Below the pieces are notes generated by a model. It was not told the DNA's origin and searched no databases. It saw only the letters and a program-made list of their open reading frames with translations. Positions 50,350 through 59,217 of a stretch of DNA of 64,000 nucleotides are shown here, piece after piece (positions within the stretch are counted from its first letter, which is position 1; every line of letters starts with the position of its first letter). Made by a program: the position numbers and the translations under genes. The DNA lies in NCBI GenBank assembly GCA_002269645.1, contig NIVC01001203.1, positions 186,001 to 250,000 of the forward strand. Reading direction: 5' to 3'. Origin of the DNA: Macrostomum lignano. Lineage: Eukaryota.

Positions 50350-53300
50350 TGTCGCGGAATTCATTCATTCACTCATTCATTCAGTGCATATGTACCTGTG
50401 TGTACGGTGGTGGTTGTTTAGCCTAATATCGATTTATTTGCCGCTTTCAAACCACCCCCTCTGTTTGTGCGCTTTGCCGCCTCCCCCCGTTTTCCTACCC
50501 TTCTTATCTCTCTCCTAGCCTACCTAGCCCCCCCACCCCCAAATTTTCACTCACCATTTTTAATACAAAATATATTGACCGTGCAAGGCCTTTCGTGCCT
50601 ATCGTTTGTTTTTCCGTTGCTCATCCTAAAGTTAAAAAAATCGACTCCAAAATAACAACATGGCGCCCAATGTAAATTACTGAAGAATTCAACCTGGCTC
50701 AAAATCTAGCATTAGAAGCTCAGTTCGACTAGCCAAACTCGACCTCAACTCCGGCCCAGCTCAACATTCTCTGCAGTTCGCTGTTCTAGCCGTCTGCACT
50801 CGACAGTGGCTCGCTCCTGGTTCAACCGGCTTCTGCCGTGGCGGTCACGGTCTCCGCTCGACCACACCTGATTTCACATCATAGCACGGGCCAACTTCGT
50901 GACGTTCTGGAACCAGGGGCTCTCATCTAGATTCGAGCCGGTGCTGCTGGCTTCTGACTCTGCACGGCTTGCGGTAGATTGACTCTATGTGCTTGTTTTT
51001 TCGATGTTCTTTTTTCTATTCGCATACTACTCGTAGTTTGTCTCCTGCCCTCTTGTCCTCTCTTTTCCACCTTTGTCTCCGTTTGGTCGCTTAGACGTTC
51101 TTTAGTCGGGATTCTCGCTGCCGGTTTTCTCTGTGTTCTCGTTGTCGTTCGCATCTCAATCATGGTTCTCTCAGAAGATGAATTGGCAGCTGCTGTCCGG
51201 AAACGGGCGGGCATTCGGTCTAGCGTTACTAAAGCGGTCGGCAAAGTGCAAGTGCTGTTGGACAGGGGTTTGCAGAGAGAAGTCGAAGTCGCTGAGGCGG
51301 CTGCGTATCTCGAGGTGTTCAATTCGAAGCTCAGTATATTGAGGCAACTGGACGATGCGATAGACGAGTCTCTTGCAGATGAGCAGTTAGAGTCGGAGCG
51401 CGATGATTGTGAGCGCTATGGGCTGCAGTGTCTCACTTGCATCAAAAGGTTAGAAGCTGCTCTTTCTCGTAATTTTAAATCTCAGGCGAGTTCGCCTCCC
51501 ACTCAGTCGCAGCAACCTCAAGTCAAGCTCCCTAAGCTGCAGGTTCCCACGTTCGATGGGCAGGTTTCAACATGGCAATCATTTTGGGATCAATTCGATT
51601 CCTCGATCAATTCAAACACCTCACTTTCTGAAATTGACAAGTTTAATTATCTCGTGGCCTCTCTATCTGAGGCGGCAAAGTCATGCATTAGAGGCCTGGC
51701 TATCACTGCTGACAACTATTCCACTGCGGTGGATATTCTAAAAGAGCGCTTTGGCAAACCCGAGGTGGTTGTCAAGGAGTTAATGCATAAAATCTCGGAG
51801 CTTCGCCTGTCTGATGCATCCCTGCGCTCTCTGCAGCAATTTCACGATGACATTTCTGCTGCCATGCGTAGCCTGAACGCTCAGGGTGTCTCTGCCAATT
51901 CTTACGAGTCACTTTTGGTTCCATCGCTGATGAGCAAGTGCCCATCAGCCTTCCGGTTAGAGCTCCTGAGAGCCGCGCAAATGCAGGGATCGGACATTAA
52001 TTCACTGGAGAGCCTCTTGCGATCGCTAAAGCAGGAAATTACGGTTCGCGAAAGTGCTGGGCAAGGGCAGTTCCTGAGTTCGAAAGAGTCGACGAAGTCC
52101 TCATCACCTGCTGGCTCTAGCAGTAGCAAAGCTTCTCCACGGCATTCGTCTGTCTCGACTCTGGTGACACTTCAGCCGAAGGCGTCCAAACAGGCCTCTT
52201 CGAAGATCTTCTGCACCTACTGCAAAGGCTCACACTCGTCTGAGTCCTGTACCAACCTCGTTTCCGCTGATCAGAGACGGGCCTTTCTTGCGTCTGAGAA
52301 GCGCTGCTTTAGGTGCTTGCGCCTGGGACATTTGGCACCTCAATGCAAAGATCCGAGACCATGTCGGGGCTGCTCAGGTAGACACCATGTCAGCATCTGC
52401 ATTAAAAATTCACAGGCAGGCAGGGAGTCAGATAAGCCATCCACGTCCGCCAAGAAACCAGCTTCGCCGCCGAATCAGTGCTTAGCATCTGTGACAGAGT
52501 CTTTTGCCTTCACAATGTTCATTTCTGACAATCCGGCAGTGGCTCTGCCCGTTGCCAAAGCCATTTTGCTCAGCACAGATGGTCGCCGGGAAATGATGGT
52601 GCGTGTTCTGTTTGACACGGCCAGTAATCGCAGCTACATTCGTCAGGACATTTGTGACCTGCTGGGCATTCAGGCGAATTCACTGGAACGGCTTAACGTC
52701 TCGTCGTTTGCTGGAAACAGCACGGCTCTGCAGTCTGGTAGTGCTAACATCGCATTACGCAAAATGGATTCTTTCGAAGTGATCCAGATTCGTACAAATA
52801 TCGTCGAGACAATATGTCAACCACAACATTCAGTCAAAGTGACAGGGTTCGAACACCTGCACTCTCTAGATTTAGCGGATCCATACGATCCTCGGGATCA
52901 GCACACGCCTATATCTATTCTAATAGGCTCAGACTTCTATTACCAAATCGTGGGTGACACGGTAGTGCGTGGAGACTCTGGCCCAGTGGCCATCTCATCA
53001 AAGCTGGGGTTTCTATTATGCGGCCCCCTCGCTACTGGCATCAACAATACATGTAGTGCTAGTATAGGCAACTCGATCGAGTCTAGTGTTCCCAATGAGG
53101 ACACCTGCGCTTTAGCTCTATGCTGCTCAGTTTGCGAGAATATCTCACTGGACGCTTCACACACACGAGACATTTCGACTCTCTGGAAATTAGAGTCTAT
53201 TGGGGTCCTAGATGATCCGGGCCCCAACTCGGAGTCCTCGTTTCATTGCAATCCTCAGCTTCGGGATGGACGCTATTCCGTCCAGCTACCATGGTCTCTG

Positions 53301-56300
53301 CCAAAAGAGTCCATTATGCTCACTGACCACTCTGATTTGTCTTTTCGGCGACTGATATCGACCAGACGTCAACTGGAACGCGATCAGACTAAGCTGGCCC
53401 AGTGCGAAGCCATCATCGCAGAGCAAGAGGCTCTTGGCATCATTGAGAGAGTCCCTGTTAGTAACTCTAGTAGTAGCCTGATTCACTATCTTCCTCACAG
53501 CTGTATCTCCAAAGCAGAAAGTGAGCACACAAAACTTCGCATTGTGTTTGATGGGTCAGCTCGAACTCATTCAGCTGACTTTGCAATTAATGACCTACTT
53601 CAAGTTGGTCCGACGAATTTTCCGCAAATTCCACAAATTCTCATTAGGTTCCGAATGAAGCCGATAGCAGTCTTAGCTGACATCGAAAAGGCCTTTCTGC
53701 AGATTGGCATTGAGAAGAGTGATCGGGATTCGCTCCGTTTTCTCTGGACTCAGGGTCAGTCGGGTGCTCAGGAGGTTATTCATTATCGGTTCTGCCGTCT
53801 GCCCTTTGGGCTTACGTGCTCGCCTGGGGTGCTTCGGGCAACCATTTTGCACCATCTCGAACTGCACCAGAACGATTTTCCGGGTGTTGTAGACACTCTG
53901 AAACAGGATCTGTATGTAGACAATCTAGTTACTAGTTGCGACTCTGTAAAGGACGCAATTTCGCTCTACGAACAAGCGAAGCAAGTTTTTAGCTTAGCAG
54001 GGATGAACTTGAGACAGTGGCAGTCAAACTCTGATGGCTTTACAGCCCACTTGCCGGTGGCAGACGTCAGCAAGGCTTGTAAGGTTTTAGGCCTACCTTG
54101 GGATGCCCAGACAGACACGCTTCACTTTAACTTTCGCTCACTGCTAGATTCCATCCCGGATCGACCTCACTCGAAGCGGTCAATGCTCGCCGTTCTTGGC
54201 AGAATTTTTGATCCGCTTGGCCTTCTGTCACCGGCTGTGACTATTGTCAAGATTTGGTTTCAGCAGCTGTGCAGCCGGAAATTGACGTGGGACGAACAGC
54301 TTCCTACTGACATTGCTTCGCAGTGGTCTCGCTGGCTGACCTCGCTTCAGGAGACGCACCTGACCGTTCGCCGTTACGTGATGCCAGACACTGATGAAGC
54401 CGATCACCTTGAGGTTCAACTGCATGGTTTTTCCGACGCCAGTGAGCGAGCATACGCCGCTGTCGTCTACCTTCGGGTGATTGACCATGTCCGTCGCAGT
54501 GCCTCAACTGTTCTTATCATGGCGAAGTCTCGCATCGCTCCTCTCACAGTCATCAGCATTCCTCGTTTGGAGCTTCTTGGAGCGCTGATTCTGGCTCGGT
54601 TGATGGACTTCGTTTCCTCACAATTTCCGGGTGTACGGAAACAGCTGTGGACCGACAGCATGACCACACTGCAGTGGATCACCCAGGAAACTCGAATTCG
54701 TCCAATCTTCGTTCACAATCGTGTCACTGAAATTCGCAGACTTTCCTCGGTTGTGGATTGGAGATATGTCCCGGGGGAGAGCAACCCAGCAGATATTCCG
54801 TCCAGAGGTTGCTTTCCCGATAAGCTTGTGAGCAATCCTATGTGGCTGGACGGCCCCTCTTTCCTGCACTCTTACGAGCTTCCATATGACCCAGGCATCG
54901 AAATTTCCGAAGAACTATCAGTCGATTGTGCTCCAAGTGGTCCGGCGAAGCCTGACCAGCATTATTGTCTGGCCACAGCAGAGATCGGTGACGAGGGAAA
55001 CCAGACTCGCAATCTTCTTCAGATCTTGAACATTCACGACTACTCGTCATGGCCGAAGCTAACTCGCGTGGTTGCCTGGGTGCGCCGCTTCATCAGCAAC
55101 GCGCGAGCGGCAGCAAAAAAATCCACCCAACAACAGCAGAGGTCTCTGACTACTGCAGAAGTTGTCGACGCAGAAACGTCGATTCTTCGCGCTGCTCAAC
55201 AGATTTTTCTTGGGCCAGAACTCAAGCACTTACAAGGTGCTGGTCCTCGTACGCCACTGGTTCAACAACTGCAACTCTTTCTTGGCGACGATGGACTCAT
55301 CCGTTCCAAAGGGCGGCTCGCTGATGCCGTGCCTTTTGATACGAATCACCCCGTGCTGATTCCTGGGAAGACACATATTGAACTGCTCATCATCCGGCAC
55401 TGTCACCTGGCTGTTTTCCACGGGGGAGTGCCTGCAACTCTGTGCAAAATTCGAGAACGCTTTTGGGTTTTGAAGGCTCGGCAGCGGGTGAAACAGGTTC
55501 TCTCTACGTGTGTGACGTGCCGGAAGCTTCAGGGTCAGCCCTTCACGGTCACTCAGGTTCCACAACTTCCTCCGTTCCGTTTGTCTGATATCAGAGCCTT
55601 TCAGACTGTGGGATTGGACTATGCTGGTCCGATCTATTATCGGACGGGGGAGGGTGACAACTCTGCTAAGTCGTATATTCTTCTTTTCACATGTGCAGCG
55701 ACTCGTGCTGTGCACCTTGAGTTGGTGACCAGCATGGGAAGCGATCAGTTTCTGCATGCTCTGCGCCGCTTCGTGGCGCGTAGAGGCATTCCGTCAATCG
55801 TTAGCGACAACGCCAAGACCTTCCGTGCAACTGCCAGGGTGATCGGTGCTGAAGTGTCTAAGGAGCTTCAGGAGTTTTGCACGTCGAAGCGAATCACCTG
55901 GCACTTCATTCCTGAGCGGGCCCCGTGGTGGGGAGGTTTCTGGGAGAGGTTGATTGGAGTCATCAAGATAGCCATTAAAAAAGCCGCCGGTCGTCAGTTA
56001 TTCACGTACGATCAGTTATTAACTCTGGTGATGGAAGTGGAGGCGGTTGTCAATAGCCGTCCGCTGCTGTATGTAGCGTCAGGAGAGACGATGGAAGTCA
56101 TTACGCCGTCTCATTTTATTGTGACAGCTCGTCTCACTCAGGAGCCTGAAGTCAGTTTGGGTCCTGAACTGATGTTGCCTTTGCCTCAACGGTTCAAAAT
56201 GCTCCGTGCAGCCTTGAACTGGTTTTGGGACCAGTGGAAGGGATCATATCTCGAAGCTCTCCGCGAGAAGTCGTCTAAGCGTCATTCGCAAGGTCGCTCA

Positions 56301-57219
56301 CCGACGGTTGGTGAAGTGGTACTGATTTCGGGCGAGCCCCGGCAACCCAGGTTCCATTGGAAGTTAGGGGTTGTCGAGGAGGTCAAGGCAGGTCGCGATG
56401 GAGTTGTTCGCTCTGCGGTCGTGAGGATTTCGGGAGCGGGTGATCCCCGGCGACGGGAACGTCTGAGGCGACCCGTTCAAGCTCTCATTCCGCTCGAATT
56501 CAAAGTTCCCAACTAAATTTTGCATCAATCCTCGGCAGTTTGTTCTCAGACAGCGCTATTTGCTTGTGAAGTTTAAGCGCAAGTCATTATTTTTTTCTTT
56601 TTTCTTCATAATCTGTCGTTTTGTTTACTCAATAACCTGTTGTGCTCAAAAAATCTTTTTCATTGATATTTCCTATTTGTTCAACTCAGCCTCCTGCTCA
56701 TATTTATAACGTTTAAAATTTAAACTTCGAGCGTAAAAGTATAAATTAACGTATGAAAACATTTATTCATTCGTAGTTTCGGTTTTGCTGGGTGGTGGTT
56801 AATGCTCAATTAGTCTTTGCTATTTTCAAACATGCCCAAATGTTTCCGAGTTCATTCATTCATTATAGTTCATCCATTATCGCAAATGACAAGTCATTTG
56901 GGGGAGTGTCGCGGAATTCATTCATTCACTCATTCATTCAGTGCATATGTACCTGTGTGTACGGTGGTGGTTGTTTAGCCTAATATCGATTTATTTGCCG
57001 CTTTCAAACCACCCCCTCTGTTTGTGCGCTTTGCCGCCTCCCCCCGTTTTCCTACCCTTCTTATCTCTCTCCTAGCCTACCTAGCCCCCCCCACCCCCCA
57101 AATTTTCACTCACCATTTTTAATACAAAATATATTGACCGTGCAAGGCCTTTCGTGCCTATCGTTTGTTTTTCCGTTGCTCATCCTAAAGTTAAACAAAT
57201 CGACTCCAAAATAACAACA
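50350..57219 (+). mobile_element. Full-length BEL/Pao LTR retrotransposon; LTRs 50350-50660 and 56907-57219
   Basis: TG...CA LTRs with only three differences seen. PBS TGGCGCCCAA(T)GT at 50661 resembles the tRNA-Lys 3' end. PPT GGGGGAG precedes 56907. Single intact polyprotein. Confidence 0.95.
51162..56516 (+). CDS. BEL/Pao gag-pol polyprotein, 1784 aa
   Basis: Gag LPKLQVPTFDG with three Cys/His knuckles; protease LFDTAS; RT LYVDN; RNase H LHGFSDASERAYAAVVY; integrase HCHLAVFHGG..CVTC, GLDYAG, SDNA, FWERL. Confidence 0.95.
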   Translation: MVLSEDELAAAVRKRAGIRSSVTKAVGKVQVLLDRGLQREVEVAEAAAYLEVFNSKLSILRQLDDAIDESLADEQLESERDDCERYGLQCLTCIKRLEAALSRNFKSQASSPPTQSQQPQVKLPKLQVPTFDGQVSTWQSFWDQFDSSINSNTSLSEIDKFNYLVASLSEAAKSCIRGLAITADNYSTAVDILKERFGKPEVVVKELMHKISELRLSDASLRSLQQFHDDISAAMRSLNAQGVSANSYESLLVPSLMSKCPSAFRLELLRAAQMQGSDINSLESLLRSLKQEITVRESAGQGQFLSSKESTKSSSPAGSSSSKASPRHSSVSTLVTLQPKASKQASSKIFCTYCKGSHSSESCTNLVSADQRRAFLASEKRCFRCLRLGHLAPQCKDPRPCRGCSGRHHVSICIKNSQAGRESDKPSTSAKKPASPPNQCLASVTESFAFTMFISDNPAVALPVAKAILLSTDGRREMMVRVLFDTASNRSYIRQDICDLLGIQANSLERLNVSSFAGNSTALQSGSANIALRKMDSFEVIQIRTNIVETICQPQHSVKVTGFEHLHSLDLADPYDPRDQHTPISILIGSDFYYQIVGDTVVRGDSGPVAISSKLGFLLCGPLATGINNTCSASIGNSIESSVPNEDTCALALCCSVCENISLDASHTRDISTLWKLESIGVLDDPGPNSESSFHCNPQLRDGRYSVQLPWSLPKESIMLTDHSDLSFRRLISTRRQLERDQTKLAQCEAIIAEQEALGIIERVPVSNSSSSLIHYLPHSCISKAESEHTKLRIVFDGSARTHSADFAINDLLQVGPTNFPQIPQILIRFRMKPIAVLADIEKAFLQIGIEKSDRDSLRFLWTQGQSGAQEVIHYRFCRLPFGLTCSPGVLRATILHHLELHQNDFPGVVDTLKQDLYVDNLVTSCDSVKDAISLYEQAKQVFSLAGMNLRQWQSNSDGFTAHLPVADVSKACKVLGLPWDAQTDTLHFNFRSLLDSIPDRPHSKRSMLAVLGRIFDPLGLLSPAVTIVKIWFQQLCSRKLTWDEQLPTDIASQWSRWLTSLQETHLTVRRYVMPDTDEADHLEVQLHGFSDASERAYAAVVYLRVIDHVRRSASTVLIMAKSRIAPLTVISIPRLELLGALILARLMDFVSSQFPGVRKQLWTDSMTTLQWITQETRIRPIFVHNRVTEIRRLSSVVDWRYVPGESNPADIPSRGCFPDKLVSNPMWLDGPSFLHSYELPYDPGIEISEELSVDCAPSGPAKPDQHYCLATAEIGDEGNQTRNLLQILNIHDYSSWPKLTRVVAWVRRFISNARAAAKKSTQQQQRSLTTAEVVDAETSILRAAQQIFLGPELKHLQGAGPRTPLVQQLQLFLGDDGLIRSKGRLADAVPFDTNHPVLIPGKTHIELLIIRHCHLAVFHGGVPATLCKIRERFWVLKARQRVKQVLSTCVTCRKLQGQPFTVTQVPQLPPFRLSDIRAFQTVGLDYAGPIYYRTGEGDNSAKSYILLFTCAATRAVHLELVTSMGSDQFLHALRRFVARRGIPSIVSDNAKTFRATARVIGAEVSKELQEFCTSKRITWHFIPERAPWWGGFWERLIGVIKIAIKKAAGRQLFTYDQLLTLVMEVEAVVNSRPLLYVASGETMEVITPSHFIVTARLTQEPEVSLGPELMLPLPQRFKMLRAALNWFWDQWKGSYLEALREKSSKRHSQGRSPTVGEVVLISGEPRQPRFHWKLGVVEEVKAGRDGVVRSAVVRISGAGDPRRRERLRRPVQALIPLEFKVPN

Positions 57220-57599
57220 ATCCCTGACAGAATCAGAAAAAAAGGGGGGTCGCACTCGCTCACAAAACGTCCTCCATAATCCCATTAAATCCATCCATAT
57301 TATCCCCGACAGAATCATGAAAAAGTGGAGGGGTCGCACTTGCTCCGAAAACTTCGAAGATAATCGTATTAAATCCATCCATATTATCCCTGACAGAATC
57401 AGTGCATAACAGATGTCCACTAACACCTGTTATGTTCATTGACACCGACATCCACCCATAGCATCTTCGAAACAATCAGAAAATAATCTGCATTCTTCTC
57501 CCCACATTCAATCCAAAGCGGTGAAACCAGATCCCAAAGACTTTAAATCATCAGCGCAGGGTCCTTACCCTCCAAAAAAAACTAAATTCTCAATAAAAA

Positions 57600-57839
57600 A
57601 TGTTTCCAGTTGTCTCTCCAGGTTCTTATTATACTCAGCCTAATCCATTGTACAAATCCAAGTACCGATGCAAACTTGAATGCAGCGAGTACATGAGAAA
57701 ATATTGGCCCGATGTTGATATCAATGCCCCTAATATTAATCTAGCTCTCCAAAGACACTGGTTTTATAAGTATGGAGTAACCTATGTAAAAGATTACGAC
57801 AGCTACTATAACTTTGCAGAAGTTATAAGGCAATTGTGA
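57600..57839 (+). CDS. 79-aa Tyr-rich orphan ORF of the Polinton-like element
   Basis: A-rich leader (AATAAAAAATG); its stop lies 4 bp from the convergent capsid stop. No recognised motif. Confidence 0.45.
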   Translation: MFPVVSPGSYYTQPNPLYKSKYRCKLECSEYMRKYWPDVDINAPNINLALQRHWFYKYGVTYVKDYDSYYNFAEVIRQL

Positions 57840-57843
57840 TTTC

Positions 57844-58707
57844 TCACATTCTCTCAATGATTAACGTCAATACAAACTCTTCACCGTTGAAATCAACACC
57901 CATCCCATCTTCAGTCTCAAACTGTAGCACAATCTCGTGAATCTCCTTATTACTCAATACAACTCTTTTCACTGGATTTGGTTTCTCTACCACCATCTGT
58001 CCTCCAGCTACAGAGTTGGAGATATTGTACAAAATATTCGTTCGCTTTCCCTTAAATACCCAATCAAGACTGAGATTACTTCTGATTAGAATATTCAAAC
58101 CCTTTACAATGTCTGCAATATTGGGTGCTAAGAACAAACCGCTTACATTTTCCCGGGCCATTTTAACAGTCCCCGATGCTTGAGTGGCGGTCCGCGCCGC
58201 GGATTCTGCCTTATAAACTTTCTTCTCGAATCCCAGTTCCCTATACCAAGTGTCATCTTTAAACTCAACCTCCGCATCTTTGTGAACTTGCATGACCACT
58301 CTCATTACAGTGAGATCATAGGTTAGTTTGACAGGGAACAGTTTCTTCTCTGGCTTACTCGCATCAGGTGTCTCAAAATGACCTCTCTTAGTAAAGACAT
58401 TTTCTAGAAAGTTATTGTAGGTATCCACACTTTGCGTGCTCACATGGAATACCACAGGGTCTGCTGCTGCACCTTTCCATTTGTAATAAAACTTATTATT
58501 TGCTGCCATCACATTGGGAACGTTTGACCAACCAGTAAAGTCGTTAAGATAGACATGGTAATTAGCACCTGGATCCAGGCGAATCGCCTGCTCTAATTTT
58601 TCAACAAATATCCCGTTTGAGTCATTAATTCGCCCGGTTATTGTAATAGGAATGCTCTCCTTAGAGTGTGAAACAATGTTGTTTAGTCTTTCGGCTATAG
58701 CTTCCAT
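57844..58707 (-). CDS. Polinton/adintovirus minor capsid protein (penton, single jelly roll), 287 aa, intact
   Basis: Spaced motifs IRLDP..Y, PNV...NNKFYY, LGF, IHEIVL...DG..VDFNGEEFVLTL typical of Polinton mCP. First ATG in AAAAAAATG context at 58707. Confidence 0.82.
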   Translation of the reverse strand: MEAIAERLNNIVSHSKESIPITITGRINDSNGIFVEKLEQAIRLDPGANYHVYLNDFTGWSNVPNVMAANNKFYYKWKGAAADPVVFHVSTQSVDTYNNFLENVFTKRGHFETPDASKPEKKLFPVKLTYDLTVMRVVMQVHKDAEVEFKDDTWYRELGFEKKVYKAESAARTATQASGTVKMARENVSGLFLAPNIADIVKGLNILIRSNLSLDWVFKGKRTNILYNISNSVAGGQMVVEKPNPVKRVVLSNKEIHEIVLQFETEDGMGVDFNGEEFVLTLIIERM

Positions 58708-58728
58708 TTTTTTCACATAAAAAAATAT

Positions 58729-59217
58729 TTAAACTTTACTGGATGAATTGTTGATCATGTTAAGCTTCACCTTCCTCTCAAATGCATAGACAATGTACAG
58801 GTCCACGGGTGTTGCGGCAGTCCTTTCAATGTTAGTCACGATATTCACAGGGCTGTTATCAGTAGGCATTTGTCTGGCAGACACATCAGCGCCAAACATC
58901 GGATATAGAGTTCCATATTGAAGAGCAGTGATAGCAATTCCATTGTTCTCTTTCACAGCCAAGTCGACTAACTCGCTGTAAAATTTGCTAATCTTGTTCT
59001 GACTGAAATCTCCATTTTGTGGCAGTGCAGGGTAAAGATTATCACTGATTTCATGCTGAATGGACCGCACGTCTCCATGCATGTAGCGTATAATGCTATT
59101 TGGGTTTCTCATATTAATAATAATATACCTTGGATTGCTGCATGATCCCTCTTTAATGCAGATGTTTGTTCTAGTTTCGTTTCGCTCATCTCGACACATG
59201 TAGGCCGTGTATGCAAC
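58729..59217 (-). pseudogene. C-terminal part of Polinton/adintovirus major capsid protein (double jelly roll), split by the Gypsy LTR
   Basis: PRYII, YP...NGDFSQN...FY, ADVS, YIVYAFERKVKLN at the C-terminus. The frame stays open upstream of the listed Met (VAYTAYMC...) up to the LTR edge. It lies 21 bp from the mCP start on the same strand. Confidence 0.75.

Larger units (their letters stand above)
50154..59217 (-). mobile_element. Left end of a Polinton/Maverick (adintovirus-like) element: AGTAG terminus, ~85-bp subterminal tandem repeats (50190-50337, 57220-57400), small ORF, minor capsid, 3' part of major capsid; interrupted by BEL and Gypsy
   Basis: Capsid protein motifs (see CDS entries), compact intronless gene packing, AG-type terminus at the SINE breakpoint. 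The terminus assignment is inferred. Confidence 0.72.

Noticed and set aside
50979-51161. Hydrophobic N-terminal extension of the BEL polyprotein
   Set aside because: Starts at a non-ATG codon in a pyrimidine-rich 5' UTR; the first ATG at 51162 is the more plausible start.
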